A DNA stretch of 64,000 nt, from positions 2,170,001 through 2,234,000 of the forward strand of contig JBLDXI010000003.1 in the NCBI GenBank assembly GCA_047495785.1, read 5' to 3'. Both the position numbers and the translations under genes were made by a program. Positions within the stretch are counted from its first letter, which is position 1, and every line of letters begins with the position of its first letter. Below, in pieces: positions 23,452 to 34,679 of this stretch. Source of the stretch: Lepidodermella squamata (taxonomy: Eukaryota > Animalia > Gastrotricha). The notes below the pieces were generated by a model, which saw only the letters and a program-made list of their open reading frames with translations, was not told where the DNA came from and did no database searches.

Positions 23452-25763
23452 TCACGAAACTTGGCAGTCAGTAATATAAAGTTCAATGGCCAATAGAAAC
23501 GAACGAACCCAGCCCCACTTTTTCAATCGAATAGCTTCACCTAGTGCCGTTTTCCCTTCTTTGTTCGGAGTTAAAATCGACAGAGGGAACTTCCTAGCAA
23601 CGTAACCAATCGTCGTAGTATCACAGAGATTATGCCAGCCAACCATATTGAGAAGAGGCGTATCGCCTTTATCGTCCAATTTCATCCCATCCAAGCCATG
23701 ATCCTCAATAAGAATTTTCGCAACTTCAAGACTCGAACCAGCGTGATGCAACGCATTTCGCCCATGTTTTTCTACAACACTGAGATCACAGCCAAGATTC
23801 AGAAATCGTTTCAAAGCATCAGCAGTTTGGTGTGAACAAGCCGTCAAAATCGGCGGAGCTCCATCTTCGTCCTTCTCGTTCCGTAAATCTGGTAGAATAT
23901 CCAGTAGATGGTCCAGAAATGGAATATCTTCTTCATCGCAAAGAGTCTGAGCTGCAGTATGCAGTAAATTTTCTCCCGATTGATCTTTCACTCGAGGATC
24001 GGCACCTTTTCCAACCAAGTACTTGAAAACTTCGAAATTTGGCAAACAAATTGTATGATTGATCGGAGTTCGGCCATATTTATCGCGATAATTCACATCG
24101 AAATTCAGCTCCTCAACCAGATATTTCACGACTTCAACTGGCCCGCAGCAAGCACGGCATAACAATTGTAATTCTTGTTTAACAAGTTCCGGAAATTTAC
24201 CAGCTAGATATTTGAGAATTTCCAAGGTTTTCGATGAGCCAAGTGCGTTTTCGATTTTGACGGGTTGTCTACAATCAGTGCGGAATCTTCCACTACTGGT
24301 TACATCAGCCTTCAAAACTTCAACAAAATAACGGACTAAGTCTAGATTTTCCTGATCAGCTGCTAGCGTTATGGCGCTTTTATATTGATGAGCCAGAAAA
24401 TGATTTGCCATGAAATTCGAACAGCCATCAGGCAGCCTCGGGTCCTGGCAAATTGTCCGAACCGTTTCCAAATCGCCGTTGTTAATGGCCTTTTCGAATC
24501 GCTCGAATTCACGTGGAACTTTATAGAATTCTCTTTCAGATAGATCGTCATCAGGGTCGGGAATTTCCTCAGTGATAACACAGCCAGTTTTATCTACCAA
24601 GGTCAAAATGTGCTCGGTTGCGTAATCATCCGGTTGAAAAACAATTTTCTGTTCAAGAAATGTTCGCATTGGTTCCTCCATCCGGCGAATCTAAAATATT
24701 TGCAGATAATTTACCTCTTATACTTGAAGCAAAGTCCAAACTCACTTTTCCATCTTGAATCAAAACGCTCGAATGACAATTGGCGACTTCGAGCAGAGAT
24801 GAGCTCAAGCTTGGTTTAGATTGATTTTCATCATTTTCGACCGCAGAAACCGAATTTGTAATCAGATTTCGCCGCTGGGTAAGATGTTGTTCAAGGTCTT
24901 CCAGAGTTTTCTCGCGAGCTTTTTCCACAGCTGTTTGAATTTTCCCAAGAAGGGAGTCGTAGTGATTGATTATTTCTTCTCTTAATTTGGCCCTGAGATC
25001 AGCAATTGTCGAATCAATCTCCACCATTCTTTCATTGTAATGAATCGATGCGCCTTTTGAGCGCTCTTCAAACTATCAAGTGGCACAAAATCTTAAAAAT
25101 ACCTATCATAATAATGAATGCTTACGTTGAGAGAGATCCAGGCAATCTCAAGTTTCAGACGTTCGGCGTGCGCGATCGAACACGGCTCGCAGAACGTTTC
25201 ATAGCAATGCGGGCACTTGACGGAATTCTTGCTGAATATTCGGCCATGAGGGCACCGTTCTCCGACCAGAACCTCTTCGTATTGCGATAGGGGTTTCGTC
25301 GCGCAGATGGCCTTCCACAGTGTCGGATCGCCCTCCCAGCCTATTTAAAATTTTAGGTTGTAGAAATCATTAGCAACGGTTTTTTCTAATTTTTGTTATT
25401 TTTAAAACAGAAATTACAACTTTATTCTAGTACCTCGCTTGCCGGATTTCAATGGAACACATGGATTTATTTCCATACAGAAGGGGCATTTAGGTGGACT
25501 TGCCTGCGTCGCCTGCTTCATGGCTTTTTGAGCGCAGCTTTGGCAGATCGTGTGACCACATTTGGACATTAAAATTGCGGACTCCAACTTAGAAGAGCAA
25601 GCAGGACAGTAGAATGCCTAAAAGAATTAAACATGAAAACAATTGAAAAAACCCTTCGAACGGGCGACCTTACTTTGCTCAGTCTTCCGTCAACTCGAAC
25701 GATATTGCGTGAACTATCGTCCAACTTTGCTTTTTTAGGCAAATTCGAAGTTTTTCTAAACAT
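23452..25763 (-). CDS. TRIM-ANK c (RING/B-box/coiled-coil/ankyrin), 5 exons
   Basis: RING CPACSSKLESAILMSKCGHTICQSC...CPFC; B-box CPHG...CPHCYETFCEPCSIAH; coiled coil; ANK exon 23452-24690. Confidence 0.88.
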
Positions 25764-25846
25764 TCTTCAAAATCCTATGAACAAGTTTTTTTGGTTAAAT
25801 TTTAATTCTCACAATGAAATTCGTAACAACTCGTAACAATTCTAAT

Positions 25847-28066
25847 TCACTGTGAAAATCTGAGATAATTCATCATCATAGGCGGCAGAATGCCGAGATT
25901 CTCAAGTTGTTCGATCGCCGAGGATCTGCGAGGATCACCGGTAGGCAGGCTTCGAAGGATAACGACACGGCTGAGCTGCTGTAATGACATTGGAAACAAT
26001 TCGGCGACATCTCGATACACTTTCCGGACTTTGGCCGGAGCTTTAAGGTCGCTGTCACACAATTCGTTCCATTTCTCGCGGTCAAATGATACATCATCGA
26101 AAGATGACATCATCCAACTGAAATAATGAACGTCATCGCCAACCCTTTCACTATGGGTACGGAGTCCGGCAACAGTTCTCAGGAATTTTGATACAAACGC
26201 CCGGTTTTCACAGATTTTCGTCCGAAATCGAGCTCCAGAGCGGAGCATTAGTTTCACCATTTGACCAAATTCTCCATTCAGTTCATCGTTACGCAGCATT
26301 AGGTAATCGAACGGCCACTTCTTTGGAGCCATCTTCGGGTTCAAATCGACATATTCGCTGTATGAAAGTAATCCCTCCATCAAGCGCAAGAACTCCTCGT
26401 TAAGTTTCATTCGCTTATGGGCGAGCAAGCGATTTACAGGATTGCCAGAACGGCCGAAGATTTCGGCCTCGTTGAACTTGCAGAGTTTGAGAAGCTTAAT
26501 AGCGATTGATTTGTGAGCAGGTTCTGTACCTCTGCAAGCTTCCAACACGTCCCAGAGTCTTATTTTTGATCCGTTCTGCAGTAGATAATCTACCATTTCT
26601 TCAGCCCCGCTTTCGACAGCTATTTGTAGATTGCTCTTTTGCGGGTAGATTTTTTCCAGGTCCTCAGGCTCGATGGGAATGCTGAATTTCGCCCGAAGAT
26701 AACGAACCGCTTCGACACTGCCACTAGCTACGGCTTTTATCAGGATAAATTCTCTATTATCCCTATCAGCATCTGCTTCAGCATCGATAAGCATTTCGAT
26801 AACTTCAGCGTGTCCGAACGAGGCAGCTAGAGTAAGCGAAGTGAAGTCGGGTCCAGAGTTAGCGCCTGCCTGTTCGGGCTTAGCACCTCGTTCCAGCATA
26901 GCTTTGACGAGAAGTGCGAGTCCATGAGCCGCCGCGTTATTAAGTGGCGTTAAGCTTCTACCTTTTATCAATTTTCTGTAACAAGGCCATTGAACAACTC
27001 CGTTGAAGTTGATACCAGAGAGCTGATTGATAAGATACCAAGCGATTTCAGTGTGCTTATGTTCAATTGCGTATATCAAGGCAAGCTCCAAGTCATGACC
27101 CTTGGTAAATGGTGTAACTTCGTGCATAGTCATGAGACGATCAACAGCTTCGATGTCACCGACAAGACAAGCTGCTTTAAGTAGAATGCTAGGGCGATCA
27201 TCATTCCTAGAAGAAAATTCGCTATCGACAAACAGGCGATTGGTTTCACGCAGTCGTGCAATAGCAGGTGTAAGTGCCTCGACGCAATTTTGACAGCTCG
27301 CTTCAGCCAGGAAAGCTTCGCAACTCGCATTGTCAAGATTATCGATCATGAGAGGAATAATGCTCAAATCGTAAGAAGGATCTCGCATGCGATCCAGCAT
27401 GCCGGCGTGGTCTTGGTAGCGCGACCAGTGAAGGTTATACTTCTCACGGGGCTGTTTACGGCTTTTCGCTTCAACGATCACTTTAACGATTTCCAGGCTC
27501 TTACCATGGTAAATCGCGTTATCTGGTACCTGGTACCTGTTCGACAGCGAGCTTTCGCACGGATCGACACCTTTTTCTAGCAGAAATCGTACGACCTCGA
27601 TATGCCCATTCCGAATGGCAGCATCAAGAACTGATCGCTTTGGCGAACGGGATGAGTTTTCGAACGGGAAATAAACGTTGCTCGCGTCGTAGCCGGCCAA
27701 CGAATTGGCTTTAGCGCCACGGGCTATTAACAGCTGGCACAGGGCCAAGTTTCCTTTGTAGGCGGCGTGGTAAAGAGGAGAGTTTTCCTCGTAGCCGTTG
27801 TTACCTGCGTAACCATTTGCCGATTTGACCCCTTTCTCAAGCAGAAATTTCGCGATTTCGTTGACGCCACTATAGCAAGCTTGATTCAAAGCTTGAGTAG
27901 CCCTCGATTGAGTTGCATACGGCATTCGGCCGCCTATCCCACGGGCTTCAGCATCGCGCTGTTTATAGATCTGCTCGACTAACGGTAGATTGCCATCGGC
28001 GACAGCCTGCAACAATTCATCGCGATTATTATTGCCCAAAGACCAGTCAGAAAACTCTCCTGGCAT
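25847..28066 (-). CDS. Ankyrin repeat and SOCS box protein (ASB-like Cullin-RING adaptor), intronless, 739 aa
   Basis: Many ANK repeats (SPLYHAAYKG, TPLNNAAAHG, TSLTLAASFG); C-terminal SOCS box PMSLQQLSRVVILRSL...LPPMMMNYL. Confidence 0.88.
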   Translation of the reverse strand: MPGEFSDWSLGNNNRDELLQAVADGNLPLVEQIYKQRDAEARGIGGRMPYATQSRATQALNQACYSGVNEIAKFLLEKGVKSANGYAGNNGYEENSPLYHAAYKGNLALCQLLIARGAKANSLAGYDASNVYFPFENSSRSPKRSVLDAAIRNGHIEVVRFLLEKGVDPCESSLSNRYQVPDNAIYHGKSLEIVKVIVEAKSRKQPREKYNLHWSRYQDHAGMLDRMRDPSYDLSIIPLMIDNLDNASCEAFLAEASCQNCVEALTPAIARLRETNRLFVDSEFSSRNDDRPSILLKAACLVGDIEAVDRLMTMHEVTPFTKGHDLELALIYAIEHKHTEIAWYLINQLSGINFNGVVQWPCYRKLIKGRSLTPLNNAAAHGLALLVKAMLERGAKPEQAGANSGPDFTSLTLAASFGHAEVIEMLIDAEADADRDNREFILIKAVASGSVEAVRYLRAKFSIPIEPEDLEKIYPQKSNLQIAVESGAEEMVDYLLQNGSKIRLWDVLEACRGTEPAHKSIAIKLLKLCKFNEAEIFGRSGNPVNRLLAHKRMKLNEEFLRLMEGLLSYSEYVDLNPKMAPKKWPFDYLMLRNDELNGEFGQMVKLMLRSGARFRTKICENRAFVSKFLRTVAGLRTHSERVGDDVHYFSWMMSSFDDVSFDREKWNELCDSDLKAPAKVRKVYRDVAELFPMSLQQLSRVVILRSLPTGDPRRSSAIEQLENLGILPPMMMNYLRFSQ

Positions 28067-28796
28067 TTTTAGAGAATAATAACAGTTGAGCTACTAAATT
28101 GGAAAAAGTCTAACATCAGTTTTAGGTATCACGTCAGAAATATCTATCATTGAGATAGAGCTTAAACATTTCATAAAATTGTTTGCACAAGATTCTAACT
28201 ACCACGAACTGAATGATTGTGTGACTCAAAAAGCTGGGCAGCTGGTGCCCCAACCGCAAATAACCCCTCAAAACATCTGCGCTCAGTCAATTTGACGATG
28301 AACGATCTCTTTTCTAGGATCTACTACGATCCAATGGGGTGGATAAATGCGGATGGACTTTGGTGTAGAACGGTGACAAAGCAATTTCGCAATACCTAAC
28401 TGCAATGCAATCATCTATTTATTAATTTGGAAAAGGCGAAAATCCACCAGCATTGTACTCTTACCATGTGCTACTTTCTACTCGTTTATTTCGCTAATTA
28501 CGACAGAAATAAGACCTAACATAGATCCAGTAGATCGGGTCACGCTTACAATGAACCACACGTTCACGAGACTGCAAAGATAGAGATCTTATCCGCGTAT
28601 AGTAGAGAAAGAGAAGATGCATGCCGATTAGTGATATACCAGAAACCAAGAATTTGTTTCTGGAAAAATTGTCATTTGCTTCTTTTTTCGAGCTCAAGGT
28701 GATACATAATACAGTAATTAGTTGTAGCGTCAGAAAAAACTTAACCCAAATAGCAATGAGGAATGATTTCTCAATCCACATTGATCACTTTGGAAT

Positions 28797-31700
28797 TTAA
28801 ACTGCTTCGAAGTAAACCTTAATGAGAAAGGAATGAACTACAACGCCGGCAAAAATGCAGAAGCCGAGGATTATCAGGTCGCAAATTCTTATGAGACCGC
28901 CGCTCCTAATGACAACGTCGGGTAAACCTGGAAACCCCAGCTTTTCATCGACCTCGCGCCACACGCTTTCATAGCAGCAGGCTACCAACTGAAAAACAGT
29001 ACAGCAACCAGCTATCCAGAACATGGAGAAAACGTAGTCTATCAACAGAATACGCTGGGACGTCTTCGCAACGTTACTGGAAACCGTCGATTGTGCGACA
29101 CCCATCGCTAGCAGAACAGTCATCGAAAATGCAGGGCGGTCAGGCTCAGTCGCCGGGATAGCGAATGAAGCTATTTCAACGAAGTAAAGCACAGCATTCG
29201 GCACTATGAGATTGAAAACGAAGTATGATGGATTGCGAACAATTGAAACCACATAAAGAACGGCACTAGACGTCGTCCCTCTGTAGGTCAAAGTAGAAAG
29301 ATCGTAGCCGTGACCGGCGAAATCCCATCGATCCTGATCGTCGTTGTCCTGTACGTAAAACAACGGATTGGTAAACGCTAGAAGTCCTTTTCCATGGTTG
29401 AGTGAAAAAGCCAATGAACACGTTTGCTTGTCGAAAGGGTAATATTGCAGCTGCATGCTACAAGAAGCTGTGAACTTGCCCTCCTTCAGCCAGAAAAACT
29501 GAACAGTTCGATTAGGGGATAGATCAGATTTCGACGTTACAGCGATAAGGTCTTCGCCAAACATGTCCGAGTTCTGCATGTAGATACTGCCTTCCGCGCC
29601 GTTGACGAAGCGAAACGTAGGTGTCCATATTTCGTTGGTTTTAGCAACGTACAACTGCTCATAAGGGCGGGCTGTAAAAATGTCTTCACTGTCAGCCGCG
29701 CAGGTGTTAACAGTCCACGTCAGCAACAGAGTGCCAGAAACTGAAAAGGTTTCTTGAACAACGTCGACATCAAGAAGTTTCTGCAAGCCGAAAGCTGGTC
29801 GGATTTTCAGCGCAGATGAGTCTGCTGTTGGTGGAGCAGCCCGTCCCGGTAAGAAATCTCTGCATTGATCGGCCAACTCTTTAGCTGTCATATTCGCAAA
29901 AGGCAATCCTTCATCGCCAAACATTGTCATTAATTGCTTGATGATTTGTTTAGCTGATGAGCCTACATTCTCGATTGACTTAGAAAAAGCTTGTATGTCT
30001 GGAAAGATAGATAATGAAACTTGGTAGAAAAAATGAGACTCAAACTTACCAAGCTTATCTTCGAGCACTAAAGTATTATGCTGTTCAACTGATGTAGTTG
30101 TTTCCGTAGAGGCTGTTACGAGCTCGGTGGTAGTCTACGGAAAAGAGTTCAGGACTCTTAGCTCTCTAATAGATTACTTACTGGGTTCTCAATGGTTGAG
30201 CTTTTAGGAACAACCGGGGATGGAACCGATGTTCTAGAGGCCGTTGACGGGGACGTTGAAGCCGCTGTAGACGGCGTTGTCGAGGCGCTTGTTGAAGCCG
30301 CCGTAGAGGCCGTTGGCGAGGTAATTGTTGAATTCGCTGTAGAGGCCGTCGTGGAAGCCATTGTAGACGTTACTGTTGTGGACGCAGTCGTGGAAGTATA
30401 AAGTGCATTAGACGAAGTCGTAGATGGAGATGACATCGTGGAAGTTGAAAACGAAGGAGAAACAGTTGACGAAGCTGTGGTTGTCAAGTTGGATGGCATG
30501 GTGCAATCGTAGAAAGTGACAGATCGCACTTCAGTGGTAATTGGGTTTGAAACGGTACCCTCGCGATTACTTGCTGTTATCCCAAGGGAATAGTTGCCTC
30601 CCCCAACCAAGCTTTGCAGCGAAGTGCTCATGTTTATATTTCGCAGAAAATTCACGCAATATGTCTTGTCAAAATTGCAAGCGTTGATAGAAAGATATTG
30701 ATTTGTGATTCGAATCTGCCAAGTCGATCTACCCATAATGTACGAGCTTACAATCTGCTGGCTTATGTAACGCGACGAGCACCAATCTTGGCAACCATTA
30801 CTCCACCATTTGCCTGCATCTGGAGTAGCATAGATCGCGCCCATGATTCCATTCCTCCTGAATGCTTGAAAAAACTGCGTGAAACCTAAACAATGCGAGA
30901 GCATGTTCCCAAAATGGTTTTAAGAGGCTTATCATGATGATTAAACCTGTGTGCTGACTCCTATCCACCCCGAAATCATAGGGCTGAGAGCTGTATATAG
31001 GATGAGTTCCGCTTGTCGGCCGAACGATGCCCTTTTGGTTTGAAATGACGAACTGGTAACCATACGGCCAATATGACACTACCCCACCAACGTAATCTGT
31101 ACAATTTCCCTGAAGTTCCATACTGAATTCAACGTAGAAATCCGCGAGCGCCGTCAGAGGCTGGACACGATAACAGATAAATATTAAAACCGAGACTAAT
31201 ACACGATATGCTTTACCGATTTCGCCCACATCGCGCCATCTCTGTCAGCAACCGATGACAGCAGTCGAACATTCCCCGGAGCTACGCCAGTGCTGTTCAA
31301 ATCAAATGGAGGATAATAGTCCCACCTCGAAAGATCCGATGATGAGGCGTATGACCATTCTTGGCGCAACGTGCCACTAGGACAAGACAGCTCCGTAGGA
31401 CTGACGGGTGACGCTATTGGCAGGGTTCCGCAATCCCAAGTATCGACCTTAAATATGTCCACGTTGGCATAATTTGCTGCTTGATTCGAGGCGATGACAC
31501 CAAGAGACATTTGCGCCGACGCAAAGGAGGTCTGAAGCGATTCACTCAGGCTGATGTTCGACAGAGTGCTCGTGCAATTTGATGCATCAAAAATGCAGAA
31601 GTCAACGCGGAAATTGCTTTGTTGAACGCGAATTTTCATGGTCGCCTTTGTTTTCTGATATGTGTCGACAAATGCTTGAGTGGTAGCATAGCAAAAGTCA

Positions 31701-32592
31701 GCTTTTGTCTGGCCGTTGCAGTCGTCCCACCATTTACTGGCGTTCGGCTGGTCTCGTATTATGGTTGCCCTGATATATCTCGCATTGCTTTGGGTATCAA
31801 CGTTCAGCGTAAAACCTATATAGTATCAAAGCCATAATAGCTATCTCTAGTGTACTCCCGATTCCGGCTTGTATGTATAAAGGTGAAAGGCATTCTAGGC
31901 TCGATTTTTAGTGTCCAATTGTTCATCTATTTTTGCAGGGTGGGGTCGTGCGGTTGGGTTGGTGGAAACTTTGAGAAAATTCATCCGCGCCTCAGATGGA
32001 ATCGAGCCAACTTTACTAACTAAGTTTTACTAACCACCGCACCCACGACCAATGACAAAACCAACCGCACGATCGCACCCTATAAAAAATAGTTGGACAT
32101 TGATATTGATCTATCACTAACCTATGTGGTCATCCCTGGAAACGCCGAAATCCTTGTTGTCGTCGTAATAACTTAACTCGCCACTCGGCGTTCGAACGAT
32201 GCCTTCCTGGTTCGACAAAATGATAGCGAATCCGTACGGGCTACCGCTGAAATTGCTCATTGAAAAAGTCAATTCGATGTAGAAATCATCTAGTTTGAAC
32301 GGCTGCGCGAAAAAACAGTTGCATTATTTTCAAGTTTTAAATCTCATACAGCCCTCGCCCACATGGCGCCGTTCTGTTTCTCCGCCTGAGACACAAGCCT
32401 GACTGCATCCGCAGGTTTTGACGCATTCCCCAGGCCAATGGGTGGATAATACTCCCAGACAGTTGGTATGTCCGAAGGTCCTTGAAAAGACAACGCCGTC
32501 AGATATTGACCTGTATTCGAGCAGGCAAGAATTTGGTTGCAAACAGCGAAAATTGTCAGAACCAGCAGGTTTGCAATCAAAATTGAATTCAT
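28797..32592 (-). CDS. Lectin-LGIC A: signal peptide + 2 L-type-lectin-like domains + Ser/Thr stalk + Cys-loop ion channel subunit, 7 exons, ~1080 aa
   Basis: Cys-loop CSMQLQYYPFDKQTC, WTP motif, M1-M4 helices. Introns 30135-30181 and 29999-30049 join the stalk to the channel exon in frame (IENP|TTTEL...EDKL|DIQAFSK). The channel exon has no signal peptide of its own. Length is a hand estimate. Confidence 0.85.
31910..32102. mobile_element. Small MITE in intron 2 of lectin-LGIC A
   Basis: Imperfect inverted ends tgtccaa...ctatttttgcagggtggggtcgtgcggttgg / ccaaccgcacgatcgcaccctataaaaaatagttggaca. This intron is ~300 nt against ~55 nt in the paralogs. Confidence 0.65.
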
Positions 32593-33106
32593 GACTCTTG
32601 TTAAATTTGAAAAATCGGGGACATTAGCAGCAAATCCTCTTGAAATTTGAGTGCTGATAGCAGTAGTTAGGGCTTTAAAAATTCATCAGCCTTTTATCTC
32701 TATTTTAAACCACTCAACAAATAACTGAGAGATTCAATTGTCGAAAACATCATTTTCTAGACCGTTCACGCTGATCTATTCGAAAAATCATCGACAAATC
32801 AAAAAAGGGATAGCGCGAGCGGCGCTGAGATTTTGCAGCATTCAAGTCACTTCCATCGTCCATTCAGCAGAGCTAGTAAATATCCACTCTAAAAATTGTC
32901 TGAAATGACAATTTCATCACTATGCGGCATTATCAAGCACAATGTCTAGTCTCATCCAGCACTATTTTACTAGAATTTGTGGGCGAATGACGTGTGAGCG
33001 CATTACCAGATTTGGGGTGTAGCACTGAGCTCGAAATATCTGAGCGGCTTTTGCCCCGGAAAGCTCGCCGGATTTCACGGAGGACAAAATAAAAAAAATC
33101 CACACA

Positions 33107-34500
33107 CTATTGTTCGCCCGACGAGCTCGGTAATTGCGGGTAAAATGCGATAAAATAATGCAGCATTACAAGCAGACGGGGAAACGCGAGAAAAGGGCCG
33201 AATGTTTTTGAGTGATTGAACCAGAAAGCAGCCACGTGTATTGCATCTTCGACGGTGACCATGCTCGGTTTTGGTGCAGGCTTGGTAACCACTCCGATTT
33301 TCGTATCTTATTTCCTCATTTCAAACTTGGACTGCACCAAAAAGTGGCGGCAGTCGGCAAGTGCAAGTCATTATAAGTCGACGGAGAGCCAGAGCAATTT
33401 TAGAAATAACCGGAAACAATCCAGAAGACGAGTCAAGAGCTCAGGTGGTCGAAAATAACTTGGATCTTGTATCTTTATATCAGAAACAGATGGTAGACAA
33501 AAACATCGTGCTAATAGATGCTTTGGCATGCTACATTTATACTTATACCTATTAGCCAAGACCCAGAACAGCTCCGGATTCACCCTGAAGTTGGGAAAGC
33601 ATTAAACCAACGCGAATCTCACAGAAATCATCATAAAGCAGGAAGCACATTTCGGTAAAATATCAAGTCAAATGATATTTCTGTGAGGTCCGATAACTCA
33701 AATGTTTGAAATACCAGACCTCGCCGGTGGAATGGTCCATGGCATCATTAGTTGCATTGCGGTATATGGCCCAGGTTGTCCGGCATCGATTCGACTTCGG
33801 AATGAAAGGCTAAGCTGAAGAAAACCGTGCGCAGGCGACCAATTAGTCAAGTTCGGTTCATTCAAGAATCGGTTCATTGCTTTTTTGTTCCGACGAAGAT
33901 ACTTCCCGATGGATTTCTGTATCAAAATATCTTTCGGATATTCTGAAGATTTTTTCCATGAAAGGTTTTTTTTTATTATAGTCTCTCGTTCATGCAGGCA
34001 AACTTTTTGGGCTTGGACCACACTGCTATAATCCGATCTATAGATATTACGCCATTAAAGTGTTACTGTTAAAGTGTTCTACAAAGTTTACAATTCCACA
34101 TCAGAACTCTCGGGAGCCTGCAATCTTCCTGCAACCTTCTCTCAAAAACGAAGTAGCAGATGGTAATAGGTAATAGCCTGTTTTTAGACTGAATTTTTCA
34201 AGAATAACATCGTTTATGGCTTCAATGTATTACCGTGAGACTTCGAAATTGTTCCAACAGGAGACACATCGTTTACGCGGTGATTTTCATTGGCCGAACC
34301 CTCCATTTCATTGGCATATTTTCTTTGTGGTCTCTGGTCGAATTTTTCCAAGCTTCATGGATTCAATGCTTCATCAATAATGATTAATGTGCGCCTTGGA
34401 GTACACAGGCTTGAAGATGAGATTTCAAGGGCTCTTTAATAATCACAACGACAAAAATGATGGGTATGTTTGAAAATTGATAACAGAAATCGCTGGTTAG
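33107..34500 (-). mobile_element. Possible decayed hAT-like transposase remnant
   Basis: Broken frames resemble the hAT C-terminal dimerisation motif (NPELFW...LLARCFCLPSVS; AAFWFNHSKTF...LPSSSGE) and a TRWN-like CVSCWNN. Many stops; boundaries approximate. Confidence 0.3.
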
Positions 34501-34679
34501 TCATAAAACGGAAAAGTCAATCCACGGGGACTAGGCTTTCAGCACTTCTGCGGTATGTAGACCCTAAAGAATCAGTATGAAGAACGTAGTGATCACTCCG
34601 TTCACTATGCCCTTATTTGTAAATTGTATGTCATTCAGACAGTAACAGTTGATTATAATTGCATTTCCATCAATGGCCA

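Noticed and set aside
28494-28781. 95-aa hydrophobic ORF just downstream of lectin-LGIC A
   Set aside because: Lies in the likely 3' UTR region, with no counterpart after the paralogs and no recognisable motif.
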